NCBI GenBank assembly: GCA_965261135.1
Contig: OZ253443.1
Coordinates: forward strand, 2,597,677-2,661,676
Reading direction: 5' to 3'
Source: Acidimicrobiia bacterium
Lineage (GTDB): Bacteria; Actinomycetota; Acidimicrobiia; Spongiisociales; ZC4RG35
DNA length: 64,000 nucleotides
Shown here: piece by piece, positions 18,447 to 32,964 of the stretch
Layout: each line of letters starts with the position of its first letter
Numbering within the stretch: position 1 is the first letter of the stretch
The notes under the pieces: model-generated
The model's database searches: none
Told to the model about the DNA's origin: nothing
What the model saw: the letters and a program-made list of their open reading frames with translations, nothing else
Program-made: the position numbers and the translations under genes

Positions 18447-20069
18447 CTAGGAGGACACTCCTATGTCAACCAGATGGATCAAACCGTCAGCGCGGGCGGA
18501 CCAGTCGATCCGGTCGGTCCCGGCGAAGACATTGGGAATGCTGATGAGCCAGACGTACCAGGCCCCGTCGTGTCCAGCCTGCCCGACATCTTGGTACAGC
18601 TTCAACCGAGCAGCCTGGTCGATTTCGGTTTGTCCAGCGTCAATCCATTCATCCGCTTCTGACGGGTCCATGGAACCGCAGCAACCCTGAGAGTGGTAGT
18701 AGGCAGACAGCGTCCGGTCACCGTCGAACAGGATGTTGTCATGTGGCACGAAGATGGCGTCAGGACGATTCTCGCGATCGATGAGGCGGTCGATGTACTC
18801 GGAGAACTCGGGTATGAATATCTCGGCGTTTACACCCACCTCGGCCCAGTATGCAGCCACCGCTTCGGTGGTCTCGCGGTCGAGCAGCGAATTGCCCACC
18901 AGGGAAACGAGCTGGATTTCCAACCCGGTGGCGCCGGCTTCCGCGAGCAACTCACGGGCGCGGTCGGGGTCGTAGGGGTAAGGATCGAGGTCGGGATTGA
19001 ATCCGAACCAGTTGGGGTTCAGCATCTGACCCTGCAGAATTTCTCCTATCCCCGAGAACAGACCCTCGGCGATTGCCTCCTTGTCCACCGCATGGTTGAG
19101 CGCCTGGCGGATTCGCACATCCTCGACGGGACTGCCCGCGCGGGCGTTCAGAGACACGATGAACTGCTTGAGCCCGGTGGGTGTGGTCCACGATTGATCC
19201 ACCCGGGCATTGTCCTCGGGAAGCAGGTCGGTCATGAGGTCGATCTCGTCATTGAGGACGCCGGCCAGACGTGTTCCGTACTCTTCGATGAAAGTAAACC
19301 GCGCAGTGGATACCGACGAAGCGCCACCCCGGTAGTCGGGGTTCGCCTCCAGTTCGACAGCGATGCCGCGGTCCCAGGAAACGAACCTGTACGCACCTGA
19401 GCCAACCGGATTCTCACCAAAGCCCGCGCTTTGAGATGCCTCGGGCGGAACGATGTAGAGCAATGTCATCCTGGTTGGAATCAGCGGATCAGGGCCGCTG
19501 GTGAGAATGTTGACGGTGTATTCGTCCACCTTCTCCGCACCCACCACGGTCCCTAGGTTGTCCTTGAGCGGCGTCGCGTAGTCCGGGTCGATTATCCGAA
19601 GGACGCTGTGTACGACGGCATCGGCGTTGAGAGGCTCGCCGTTGTGGAAGCTCACGCCTTCTTGCACCGTATATTGCCAGGTCGTATCGTCCACTGGAGT
19701 GCCGAGGTCAGTAGCCACACCGGGCACCAGATCGCCGGCGGCATTGCGCGTCACCAGTTTGTCAAAGACGTTGTCGTTGATGGTGAACATGGCGAACTGG
19801 TCAACGGCTTGAGGATCGAGCGATCCGGGTTCGGTACCCAAACCGATCACAATTCCCGCACCCGATGGTTCCGGCGCTGCCTCGGCGGCAGTAGTGGTTG
19901 GAGCCTCGGTCGCCGGGGGTGCCTCGGTGGTCGCCGGGGGTGCCTGGGTGGTCGCCGGGGGTGCCTGGGTAGTGGTCGTGGCGTCATCGCCGCCACAGGC
20001 GGCCAGCACCAAACCGAGCACCACGACGAGTCCTAAGAACCTGTAGTGCTGTCGTATAAATCTGCTCAT
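18447..20069 (-). CDS. Family-5 ABC substrate-binding lipoprotein
   Basis: Lipobox LAAC, T/A/P linker, SLDP, FHNGEP, DVRIRQAL. Confidence 0.92.
   Translation of the reverse strand: MSRFIRQHYRFLGLVVVLGLVLAACGGDDATTTTQAPPATTQAPPATTEAPPATEAPTTTAAEAAPEPSGAGIVIGLGTEPGSLDPQAVDQFAMFTINDNVFDKLVTRNAAGDLVPGVATDLGTPVDDTTWQYTVQEGVSFHNGEPLNADAVVHSVLRIIDPDYATPLKDNLGTVVGAEKVDEYTVNILTSGPDPLIPTRMTLLYIVPPEASQSAGFGENPVGSGAYRFVSWDRGIAVELEANPDYRGGASSVSTARFTFIEEYGTRLAGVLNDEIDLMTDLLPEDNARVDQSWTTPTGLKQFIVSLNARAGSPVEDVRIRQALNHAVDKEAIAEGLFSGIGEILQGQMLNPNWFGFNPDLDPYPYDPDRARELLAEAGATGLEIQLVSLVGNSLLDRETTEAVAAYWAEVGVNAEIFIPEFSEYIDRLIDRENRPDAIFVPHDNILFDGDRTLSAYYHSQGCCGSMDPSEADEWIDAGQTEIDQAARLKLYQDVGQAGHDGAWYVWLISIPNVFAGTDRIDWSARADGLIHLVDIGVSS
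19908..19970. repeat. 21-bp x3 coding tandem repeat (TTQAPPA linker)
   Basis: ggtcgccgggggtgcct(c/g)ggt three times. Confidence 0.85.
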
Positions 20070-20198
20070 TCGCTATTCTCCTCTTCTTCTTTTCCAAGCG
20101 TATCCGGCACACAACGCCACCAGGGAACGGCCCGTCATGGGTTTTTGTATGAACGCGCTTTTCAAATAGCGGTTACTGGTCCCAAGCCTACACGGTGC

Positions 20199-21557
20199 CT
20201 AGACAATCGGCCATCGTGATGGGAACCCGACACCAGTGACTTTTCGTATTCGTTTCCCGACCTCCTCCACCCGTTGGATCAGCCCCCATAAGTCATCCGC
20301 AAAGCGCGGTCTGCCCGCCTCCACCACCACCCTGCCCTCGACGATCACCGTATCCACCGATTCGCCGGTGCTCGAGTACACAAGATTTCGGACTGGATCT
20401 ATCAAAGATCGCCACTCGGAGCGGCGCGTGTCAAAGAGAACCAGATCGCCCCTCCTTCCCACCTCTATGACACCCAGCGAATTGCCGAACTGCAACGCAG
20501 CGGCGCCGGTTCGGGTTGCCAACTCAAGTGCTGTCTCCGCGGGTATAAGGCTCCTGTCTCCCCGAACATCTTTGTAAACGGTTGCCGCGAGATTCATACA
20601 ACGCACCATGTCCGAGAAGTTGGAACTGTTGACGGAGTCTGTTCCCAGGGACACTGGGATGCCGGCGTTCAATAACTCAGGAAGTCGTCCCCCCCTACCA
20701 GTGTTGCCTCCGGCCTTCATCACTGTGCTGGGACAAATCACCACCGCGGCCCCTGATCCGGCGATGAGTTCTATTTCGCTTTCGGTCAGGTCCATGCAAT
20801 GAGAGAGCACCACGTTGGGACCGAGAATCCCAAGCTCCGCCAGTCGTTCTGTTGGCGCTGATCCCGGCGCTCGGGCGCCACCCGAGTGATGGAGTGTCAT
20901 GGCGGTTCCGTAGTGGTCGGCAATCCTCTTGGCTCCAATCAGAAGCTCCGGGCTGCAGAAATCAAGGGAGAATGGCATGGCCCAGGCCCGCATCCGTCCC
21001 GAAAGACATCCGTCCAGTCCCGTGATGGAAGCTTCCAAACGCTCTAGCGCATCGGCGGTGTCATAGACCGGAAGATGCAACCCGTTCTCCAGATCCTGGA
21101 CCTGCTCACCGATTACTACCCGGCACCCGGCTTCGTCGTAAGCAGCCAGGCACGCCTCCGGATATTTGGTCGTGCCCGGATCGACGAAGGTCGTGGTTCC
21201 CGTCCGAAGCAATTCCGCCAAACCGAGCAAGGTGGTCAGATACTCCTCCTCCTCGGTCATGACCGATTGCATGGCAAAAACGTGTTTCAATCGGTCGGGG
21301 ACGTCATCGGGAAAGATGCCACGGACAGAATGGGCGTAGCTGATGTGCATATGACCATTGACGAACCCGGGCGTCACGATCATGTCTGTGGCGTCGATTA
21401 CCCGATTCGCCTGGATATGGCGGAGTTCGTCGGCTTTGCCAACGTGGGTTATCTGTCCATCTCGGACCACAACCGAGCCGTTTTGGATAATCCTTCTCTT
21501 GTCATCGACCGTTATAACGTATTGAGCTTTATCGATCTTGATACTCGAGTTCGTCAC
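20199..21557 (-). CDS. Metal-dependent amidohydrolase (MTA/SAH deaminase, atrazine chlorohydrolase superfamily)
   Basis: PGFVNGHMH, SHC, VVICP, SLGTD. Confidence 0.88.
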   Translation of the reverse strand: MTNSSIKIDKAQYVITVDDKRRIIQNGSVVVRDGQITHVGKADELRHIQANRVIDATDMIVTPGFVNGHMHISYAHSVRGIFPDDVPDRLKHVFAMQSVMTEEEEYLTTLLGLAELLRTGTTTFVDPGTTKYPEACLAAYDEAGCRVVIGEQVQDLENGLHLPVYDTADALERLEASITGLDGCLSGRMRAWAMPFSLDFCSPELLIGAKRIADHYGTAMTLHHSGGARAPGSAPTERLAELGILGPNVVLSHCMDLTESEIELIAGSGAAVVICPSTVMKAGGNTGRGGRLPELLNAGIPVSLGTDSVNSSNFSDMVRCMNLAATVYKDVRGDRSLIPAETALELATRTGAAALQFGNSLGVIEVGRRGDLVLFDTRRSEWRSLIDPVRNLVYSSTGESVDTVIVEGRVVVEAGRPRFADDLWGLIQRVEEVGKRIRKVTGVGFPSRWPIV

Positions 21558-21658
21558 GTTTCGGTCCTATCGCCCGGGTCGGGGATCTATCTGAGGACCG
21601 ACGTCTATTCGTGCCGGACGGAGATGGCCCGCGCTCGGTGTTGCAAGGTGTCTCTGTT

Positions 21659-23011
21659 CTATGAGGTCCTGGCTCCCTGCTTGGCCAGCTCGCCGGTGTC
21701 CACCAGGTTTTGCTTCGCCAGATACTCGGGATCCTCATAGCGGCTGAGAAGAAACGCGTCCGCAGACTCAAGGAGGTCGCTTCCGGTCAAATGGCAGCCA
21801 ACGAGTTCCGCGGCTCCTGTGCAAATCATCACCCCGTATCCCGACATCCCGGTCATGAGATAGAACCCCTCAGGGCCCGCCGGTCCGATCAGAGGGAGGT
21901 TCTCCGGAGTTTTCATGACATATCCGCCATCGACAACCGAGTAAGGCAGATGATCGCGGTACCGGGCCAGAGAAGGCACCATGGCGGCCATTCCGCGCAT
22001 GACGGCCTCGGGGAACATGAAGTCTGGCGCAGGGGCCGGCCAGGTTGGTTGATCTCGAACATCGGGCCGGTAGTTCCAGAGAGCTTCGAAGAAAGGCGAA
22101 TCGATGCCGCCTTCGGGCCGACCGAAGACCGGGGTCGCTATCTCCCCCAGCAACTCGTCGAACCCTTCCGCAACTAGAGCGGATCTCTCCTCATCGCTCC
22201 AGTCGATACTCAGAGGGTCGGTCCACAAGAGCATCGGAGCATCACGGGGAAACGCTCCAAGGTGATCCCTAAACGACACTTTGTGGTGAACCGATGCTTG
22301 AAGGGGTAGTTCAACTCCCACCAAATGGGCCAGTTGCTGCGACATTGGCCCGGCGGCGTTGACCACAACTGGTGTCGAGATCCGCCCGCCCGACCGCAAC
22401 AATGCGCTTGAGACGCTCCCTCTGACGATCTTGATATCAACTACCTCATCAACGATCACCTCCGCTCCGTGGCTTCTTGCCACTTCCAGCATCCAGGCCC
22501 CGAGCTGCTGGGCGCTGAACCATCCGCCCCGTCGGACGTGCACCGCACCGAGCGCTTCGCTGCTCAGATAAGGGAACCGGCCCAAGAGGGCTCGGGGAGT
22601 CTGGTAGATATCGAAGCCTGACTTCTCTTCAGTGGCGCTGGCGTGCCGATTGATTCGAACTGGGCCTGCGCCAAACCCCGAACTCGCTTGTGCGGCCTTT
22701 GTGAGAGACGCCAATTGCTCGCTGTCCCCCGTGACAAACAGGTATCCCCTCCGTGACATGCTGAAGAAGTCGTTCGATTGCTCCTTCATGACCTCCAGGA
22801 TGTCAATGGAGCGGTTGGTCAAGTCAACCATCGGCTTGTTAGGGAAGAAGTTGCGATAGCACTCTGATGATTTGTCAGATGTGAGCGAAAGTGGCGGACG
22901 GGGGTCAACGACAATCACTCCTTCCACTCCCTGCATCACGGCCAACTCATAGCAAGTCGCCACGCCCGCGATCCCGGCTCCAACCACAACCGCCCCTGCC
23001 TGCCGCGCCAT
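21659..23011 (-). CDS. FAD-dependent oxidoreductase (DAO/sarcosine oxidase/glycine oxidase family)
   Basis: VVVGAGIAG dinucleotide-binding motif, VVNAAGP, PLIGP, GMSGYG. Confidence 0.85.
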   Translation of the reverse strand: MARQAGAVVVGAGIAGVATCYELAVMQGVEGVIVVDPRPPLSLTSDKSSECYRNFFPNKPMVDLTNRSIDILEVMKEQSNDFFSMSRRGYLFVTGDSEQLASLTKAAQASSGFGAGPVRINRHASATEEKSGFDIYQTPRALLGRFPYLSSEALGAVHVRRGGWFSAQQLGAWMLEVARSHGAEVIVDEVVDIKIVRGSVSSALLRSGGRISTPVVVNAAGPMSQQLAHLVGVELPLQASVHHKVSFRDHLGAFPRDAPMLLWTDPLSIDWSDEERSALVAEGFDELLGEIATPVFGRPEGGIDSPFFEALWNYRPDVRDQPTWPAPAPDFMFPEAVMRGMAAMVPSLARYRDHLPYSVVDGGYVMKTPENLPLIGPAGPEGFYLMTGMSGYGVMICTGAAELVGCHLTGSDLLESADAFLLSRYEDPEYLAKQNLVDTGELAKQGARTS

Positions 23012-23351
23012 CTCAGTGCTCCAAGAAAGTCTCGGTCGCGGCCGTCTGTGGAGTTGGGGAGAGCGGTACTGGTCGATCAATCATTTGTCGGACTCCCATC
23101 TTTCCATCCGAAACTCGCTCTCTCGAACGATAGTTGGTTCCGCCCTCGCAGGCACCGCGAAGTGCGGGCCGCTAAGTCTGCTTCCCATAGTTGTTGACGG
23201 TCCTTGGTGGTGAGGTGAGGGCCTTCCCGCTTGATTTTGTGGGTAACCAATATCCGAATTCGGGTACAACCCTGTGGGTTTTGGAAGGCGCCGGGCCAAA
23301 ACCGGCCACTGCACAGAATCAACAGAGTTAAGATGGTGTTGGATTCATTTA

Positions 23352-23426
23352 GGGCTCATAGCTCAGGTTGGTTAGAGCGCATCCCTGATAAGGATGAGGT
23401 CCCTGGTTCAAATCCAGGTGGGCCCA
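23352..23426 (+). tRNA. tRNA-Ile (GAT), CCA not encoded
   Basis: GGGCTCATAGCTCAG...CTGATAA...GGTTCAAATCC...TGGGCCCA. Confidence 0.96.
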
Positions 23427-23790
23427 CAAAGCTGGATGAAAAACGAGAACCTCCACGTTGGGGGGTCGTTCTGGACCCGTAGTCAGGCCTTGATCTCTCC
23501 ATCGCGTCTCACGAAAAGCCCACCACGAGCGGTATGGGAGGACGGTCGCCTTCCCCCATCAAGTTGGAAGTCGTCCCACCTACGATCCTTCGTTGACTAC
23601 GCCTGGTTGGGTCAACAGGATATGTCATGCATTACAACGGAAAGGCTGGGGAATTCCCCGGCTGAGGCTGTCAGCCTTACCGGGATAGAAGGAGCAGGTT
23701 TGGTGAAGGTGGAAAAGCTTGATTCCGGCTCGGGGCACCTTTGGCCACTCGTGTATTGGGGTGGGTCCGGATGTGGTTCGCGGTGCGGAA

Positions 23791-24291
23791 CTAGTCCGTC
23801 TCCACCAGCATGGTGGGCTGGTCGGAACCGGCCGGGCCGGGATGCTCTGAAAACGGCGCAACCGGAGGGGGATCGGAGGGAGCGGTGGCCACCAGCACCG
23901 GAACCACGTTCTCCTCCAACAGCACCACCTCCACCCCGCCCACCACATCGGCCACCAGGTTGTACATGATGGCCGCCAGGGTGGTGAGACCGCTGGACAA
24001 AACCGCCCAGGTCACGGCTAGGATCGCCGAGAGGCGGATGAACTGCTCGGTGTTGGAAAACGGGGCTTCCCCTTCGTCCAGAAGAGTGATTTGGATCAGG
24101 AAGTCGGTGATCTTTTGGGGCATTCCCGACCTCTCCACCACCTCCCAGAACATCACCGAGGCCAACATGAACCCGAACGCCGCCACCAGATAGACGATGA
24201 AAGAAACCTTCAGAACTGTCCAGGGGTCCACCCGGCGGACGATCCTCCGAACCCGGTGAACCGAGTGGGTGGGCTGGGTGTCTAGCACCAC
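23791..24291 (-). CDS. DUF3566-family membrane protein
   Basis: RRVDPWTVLKVS...IMYNLVADVVGGVEV; canonical position after gyrA. Confidence 0.85.
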   Translation of the reverse strand: MVLDTQPTHSVHRVRRIVRRVDPWTVLKVSFIVYLVAAFGFMLASVMFWEVVERSGMPQKITDFLIQITLLDEGEAPFSNTEQFIRLSAILAVTWAVLSSGLTTLAAIMYNLVADVVGGVEVVLLEENVVPVLVATAPSDPPPVAPFSEHPGPAGSDQPTMLVETD

Positions 24292-24333
24292 TTAGAGACT
24301 ACCGGGCGCGCCGTTGCTGATACCGCGGCTCGG

Positions 24334-28757
<4,424 letters not shown>

Positions 28758-28862
28758 TCAGCGACCCCGTTTCGTACTCCATTATTTTAGCAGAACCCTG
28801 TGACAATCGCCGCATTACTCCAAGCTCTCTCTATGGCCATACATCGACTGTGACCTGGGGTT

Positions 28863-29180
28863 TCACCCTTTCGGGGATCGGGGCACGTTAATTTTCACAC
28901 TCGTGACGACCTGGGAGCCGAGCGCGGCGTTGATCTGGTCGGTCAAGCCGGCGGTTCCGTAGCGGAGAAGGGCGGCGTCCATCTGCGAGGGGACCTCCAC
29001 CACCAGACACCCTTCTTCCAGAACCAGGGGCCGGGCCTTGTCCCGCCACTGCCCCGAAACCAGGTCTCTCCACTCCCGACGGATTCGAAGATTGGCCGCG
29101 ACCCAGGGCACCCCCATCTTCGCCAGAATCTCTTCCACCTGGTGGCCGGCCCGGACGGGGTTGGTGCGCGGACGGCTCAC
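28863..29180 (-). CDS. DciA/DUF721-family protein
   Basis: W...G...A.P...L.V pattern; between recF and gyrB. Confidence 0.75.
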   Translation of the reverse strand: MSRPRTNPVRAGHQVEEILAKMGVPWVAANLRIRREWRDLVSGQWRDKARPLVLEEGCLVVEVPSQMDAALLRYGTAGLTDQINAALGSQVVTSVKINVPRSPKG

Positions 29181-30268
29181 TTCAGAGACCCCGGCGACAC
29201 TCTCCAGACCTCTCCACCGATCGGTGCCTTGCTCTCATCCACCGCCGAAATAAAGATCTGGGTTAAGGGCAGCCATTTCACCAGGGCCTCGGCCCGGTCC
29301 TGGTCCAGCTCGCTGAACACGTCATCCAGCACCAGGATGGGCGGAGCGCCCGCGGCCCGTTCCACAGCTTCGAAGACGCCCAGCCGGAGAGCCAGAGCCA
29401 TTGTTCGCTGTTCACCCTGGCTTGCGTACAGGCGCGTATCGTTGCAGTTCAGGGTAAGGACGGGCTCATCGCGGTGAAGCCCCACGGTGGTGGCGCCCAC
29501 CAGAAAATCGCGTCGGCGGGATCCGATCAGCGCCGCTTGGAGACGCTGCTCCCAGTCAGCGATCTCCACGGCGGGATCCAGCTTTCCTCCCCAATCCGAC
29601 CGATAGTCAACCGAGACCTGCTCACCCAATCCGGCGATGGCCGCGACCGCCCGCGACACCGGATCGGCCACTTCTCGGAAGGCCCGGGCGCGGGCAGTCA
29701 TCACCCTGGCCCCCGACATCGACAGCCGTTGATCCCACACTGCCAAGGTGATGTGATCCTCCTGGTCGCCCGTCTTCAAGAAAGCGTTCCGGTGACGAAG
29801 CGTCTTTTGATAATCGACCTGATCGGCCCGGGCCAGGGGCCACAGCAACCCCGCGGTCTCGTCCAACCACTCCCTCCGCAGGGCAGGCCCGCCCTTCACC
29901 AGCTCCAGATGCTCGGGGATGAACACCAACACCCGCCCGGCCCGGGCCAAGTCGCTGACCCGGGAGAGACGTGATCCGTTGAGAAGCAACCGGCGACGCT
30001 CCGTTCGATGCATCACCAGCTCTATGGTGTGCGGGGCCTCGTCATCGGTCTCCCCCCTTACGGCTGCTATATCCCGTCCGGCGGCAACCAATGCCCGATC
30101 AGGCGCTCCCCGAAAAGAGGCGGCCGTGAACAAGATCCCCACCGCCTCCAACAAATTGGTCTTGCCCACTCCATTGCCACCAACCACCAGATTGACTCCT
30201 GCCGACGGCGTCCACCGCAACTCCGGGTAAGACCGAAACCCGGCCAGAGCCAGCCAGGCCAGAGCCAT
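29177..30268 (-). CDS. recF: DNA replication/repair protein RecF
   Basis: GGNGVGKTNLLEA, ASQGEQRT, LDDVFSELD. Confidence 0.95.
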   Translation of the reverse strand: MALAWLALAGFRSYPELRWTPSAGVNLVVGGNGVGKTNLLEAVGILFTAASFRGAPDRALVAAGRDIAAVRGETDDEAPHTIELVMHRTERRRLLLNGSRLSRVSDLARAGRVLVFIPEHLELVKGGPALRREWLDETAGLLWPLARADQVDYQKTLRHRNAFLKTGDQEDHITLAVWDQRLSMSGARVMTARARAFREVADPVSRAVAAIAGLGEQVSVDYRSDWGGKLDPAVEIADWEQRLQAALIGSRRRDFLVGATTVGLHRDEPVLTLNCNDTRLYASQGEQRTMALALRLGVFEAVERAAGAPPILVLDDVFSELDQDRAEALVKWLPLTQIFISAVDESKAPIGGEVWRVSPGSLK

Positions 30269-31357
30269 CTATACGTTGACCGGCATCAACAGATAGAGAA
30301 ACTCTTTTCGGTCAGGATCGTCTATCACGCTGGGCTTCATGCCGTCGATAATTCGCAGCCGCACCTTCTCGGCGCCGGTGGCCACAACTCCATCAGCCAG
30401 ATACCTGGGATTGAAAGCAACTACCAGGCTGCTGCTCTCTCCCTGAAATTCCCCTTCCACGTGGTCGGTGGCCCTGCCCACGTCCTGGCGTACCACATTG
30501 ACTTCCGCTCCTCCCTCGGTGATGGTCAGTCTGATCGGATAGTGGTCCTCGGCAACCAACTCCATCCGACGAATCGTCTCCAGTAAAGCCTCTCGGTTAC
30601 ACACCAGTTGGTTGGGGTACTCGCTGGGCAACAACGTCTCGTACTTGGGAAAGTTCCCCTCGATCATGCGCAACCGCAGAGTGCCCGCCGTGGAACTAAA
30701 CACGCCCTCACGCTCGGTGAACGCGACATTTACCTTGCTGGCCCCCACTGTGTTGGGCAGCTCCCGCAATCCCCGAGCCGGCAGGAGCCCGGTTGCTTCC
30801 AGCCCGATGGCCGGCAGATCGCGGAGTGCCAGACGATAGGAATCGGTTGAGACCATCCGCAGCCGTTCGGAACTGGACTCTATCAAGACCCCTGTCAGCA
30901 CAGCCCTGCCCAAGTCGGTTGAAGCTGCCGGGGTTACCTGTCTGATGGCCTCGGTCAGGCCCTCTCCTTCAACGTCGGTCCCGGCTCCACCAGCTATACC
31001 CAGCTTCGGGAAGTCTTCGGAGAGCTGCCTCAGCGTATAGACAGGCTGGGCAGCCTCCCCGGAAATCTCCAACTCGGCTTGATCTCCTGCCCGAAGGGTC
31101 ACCATACCCGGCGGCATCCGGCGCACAGCTTGGGTGAGCAACCTACCAGGAACAACCGCCTTGCCCCATTGCTCCACCTCGGCCTCTATTTCGCTTCGGA
31201 CCGTAACCTCGAGATCAGTCCCGGTCACAGCCAGCCTTCCCTCGGACGCTTCGCACAAGAGCCCTTGCAACACCGGTAGAGAACTCCGTGAGCCGACTGC
31301 CCGCTGGGCGCGTCCCAATGCATCGGCTAGTTGTTCCCGGTTGGCTCGGATCTTCAC
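30269..31357 (-). CDS. dnaN: DNA polymerase III beta clamp
   Basis: TDLEV, TDSYRL, FNPRYL, YLLMPV; start set at GTG 31357. Confidence 0.95.
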   Translation of the reverse strand: MKIRANREQLADALGRAQRAVGSRSSLPVLQGLLCEASEGRLAVTGTDLEVTVRSEIEAEVEQWGKAVVPGRLLTQAVRRMPPGMVTLRAGDQAELEISGEAAQPVYTLRQLSEDFPKLGIAGGAGTDVEGEGLTEAIRQVTPAASTDLGRAVLTGVLIESSSERLRMVSTDSYRLALRDLPAIGLEATGLLPARGLRELPNTVGASKVNVAFTEREGVFSSTAGTLRLRMIEGNFPKYETLLPSEYPNQLVCNREALLETIRRMELVAEDHYPIRLTITEGGAEVNVVRQDVGRATDHVEGEFQGESSSLVVAFNPRYLADGVVATGAEKVRLRIIDGMKPSVIDDPDRKEFLYLLMPVNV

Positions 31358-31567
31358 AGAGGTACCCCTTTCTTCGGAGTTGTCTTTAAAATACTCTTTG
31401 TAGCAGTGATATCTGTTGTCTGTGGACAGCACGGGGAAACGGGCGGGTAGCTGGGCGAACTACAAGCCTGTTTGTCTACGGGCCGAATGGGTTCTCCCCA
31501 GTCGGCGGCGGGACGGGTGAGAGAATGGTGGATAAGCATCACGGGCTGTGGATGGAACTGTGGATAG
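31358..31567. other. Chromosomal origin oriC (dnaA-dnaN interval)
   Basis: DnaA-box-like TGTGGACAG 31421-31429, GGTGGATAA 31527-31535, TGTGGATAG 31559-31567; AT-rich unwinding tract tctttaaaatactcttt next to the first box. Confidence 0.75.
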
Positions 31568-32909
31568 CAGTTACCCGGTTCGCGAATCGCCTGTCACGGG
31601 ATATCTGGGAAAGGGTTCCGCGATAGGCGGAGATCACGGTGGAATGGTCTCGGTCAAAAGCCTTTCCAATTTTGGGAAAGGAAAGTTCGGTGAGTTCACG
31701 AGTGAGATACATTGCCATTCGCCGCGCCGCAGACGGGATGGGGCGTCTGCTGCGGTCGAGGATTTCCCCGGAGCTGATCCCAAAGGCTTCTGCACAGACG
31801 GCGATGATTTTCTCGGGCGTGGGAGCGCTGGCGGCGAGGTCGGAAATGGGAGCCAGTAATCGGGCGGCGCTTTCCGGAGTAAGCGGGCTGGGAGTGAGTC
31901 CCGAATAAGCGGACAGTCGCCGCAAGGCGCTCTCCAGGTCCCGGACATTGTCGGTAACCCGAGCCGCGACCATCGACAAGAGTTCCTCGGAAAGAGGCTG
32001 GGGTTGGGGATCCTTCTCCTCCATACCGCGAAGAATGGCCAGCCGAGTTTCAAAAGTCGGCGGCATGATATCGGCCAACAGCCCTCCGGATACGCGACTT
32101 CTTATCCGATCCTCGACGGCTGTCAAATCTCGGGGTCGTCGATCGCAACTGAGGATGATCTGTCTTCCCCGCTGATAGAGGCTGTTGAAAGTCCAAAAGA
32201 ACTCCTCCAGGGTTTGCTCCTTTCCCTCCAAGAACTGGAAGTCGTCCAGCAAAAGCATGTCCACTTGGCGAAAACGGCGTCTGAACTTATCCATTTGCCC
32301 CCTGCCGACGCACTGGATGAACTGTTGCACGAAGTTCTCGGAGGTGCAGTAGCGAACCACAAGATTGGGGTGTCGTTTTCGGGCGTGGTTGGCGATGGCA
32401 TGCAGCAGATGGCTCTTGCCCAACCCCGACGAGGCGTAGATGAACAGGGGGTTGTAGTAGCCACCGGGTTCTTCGGCCACAGCCGAGGCGACGGCGTGGG
32501 CGAAGTAGTTGGAGGGTCCCACCACGAAGTTGTCCAGCTGATGGCGGTTGGAAGGATGACGCGCATCCCGAGGCCGGGGGGCTTTTTCTTCAGGCAAGGG
32601 GGATACGGGGGCCGGCAGGCCGTTCGAAGATCGTGACGGGGAGGTCGATCGGGCCTGGTTCACGGTCACTCGGACTTCGAGGGAGGATGTCCCCTTGCCT
32701 GCAGTCCGCGCAGCGTTTTCGACCTCGGGGAGGAACCTGGTGGCTACCTGGTTGGCCACGAACCGGCTGGGCGCCTTCACGAGAATCTCCGATGGAGTCA
32801 GGGATACCCTTAGGTCTTTGAACCACCGGGACCAGTCGTCGGTAGAGGTGCAGGCGGTGAGCACTTCGCGAAAAATGGTTTGATTGAAGCAGGCGGGGGG
32901 CGGATTCAA
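31539..32909 (-). CDS. dnaA: Chromosomal replication initiator DnaA
   Basis: FVVGPSN, YNPLFIY, GLGKSHL, LLDDFQF, RDHSTV. Confidence 0.96.
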   Translation of the reverse strand: MNPPPACFNQTIFREVLTACTSTDDWSRWFKDLRVSLTPSEILVKAPSRFVANQVATRFLPEVENAARTAGKGTSSLEVRVTVNQARSTSPSRSSNGLPAPVSPLPEEKAPRPRDARHPSNRHQLDNFVVGPSNYFAHAVASAVAEEPGGYYNPLFIYASSGLGKSHLLHAIANHARKRHPNLVVRYCTSENFVQQFIQCVGRGQMDKFRRRFRQVDMLLLDDFQFLEGKEQTLEEFFWTFNSLYQRGRQIILSCDRRPRDLTAVEDRIRSRVSGGLLADIMPPTFETRLAILRGMEEKDPQPQPLSEELLSMVAARVTDNVRDLESALRRLSAYSGLTPSPLTPESAARLLAPISDLAASAPTPEKIIAVCAEAFGISSGEILDRSRRPIPSAARRMAMYLTRELTELSFPKIGKAFDRDHSTVISAYRGTLSQISRDRRFANRVTAIHSSIHSP

Positions 32910-32944
32910 AGCAGAAAGTTCTCCGGTTCCTGCGAAACGGAGGG

Positions 32945-32964
32945 CTATCCACAGCTGTGAAAAG
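32945..32964. promoter_or_regulatory. DnaA-box-like pair upstream of dnaA
   Basis: CTATCCACA 32945-32953 followed by inverted TGTGAAAAG. Confidence 0.55.
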
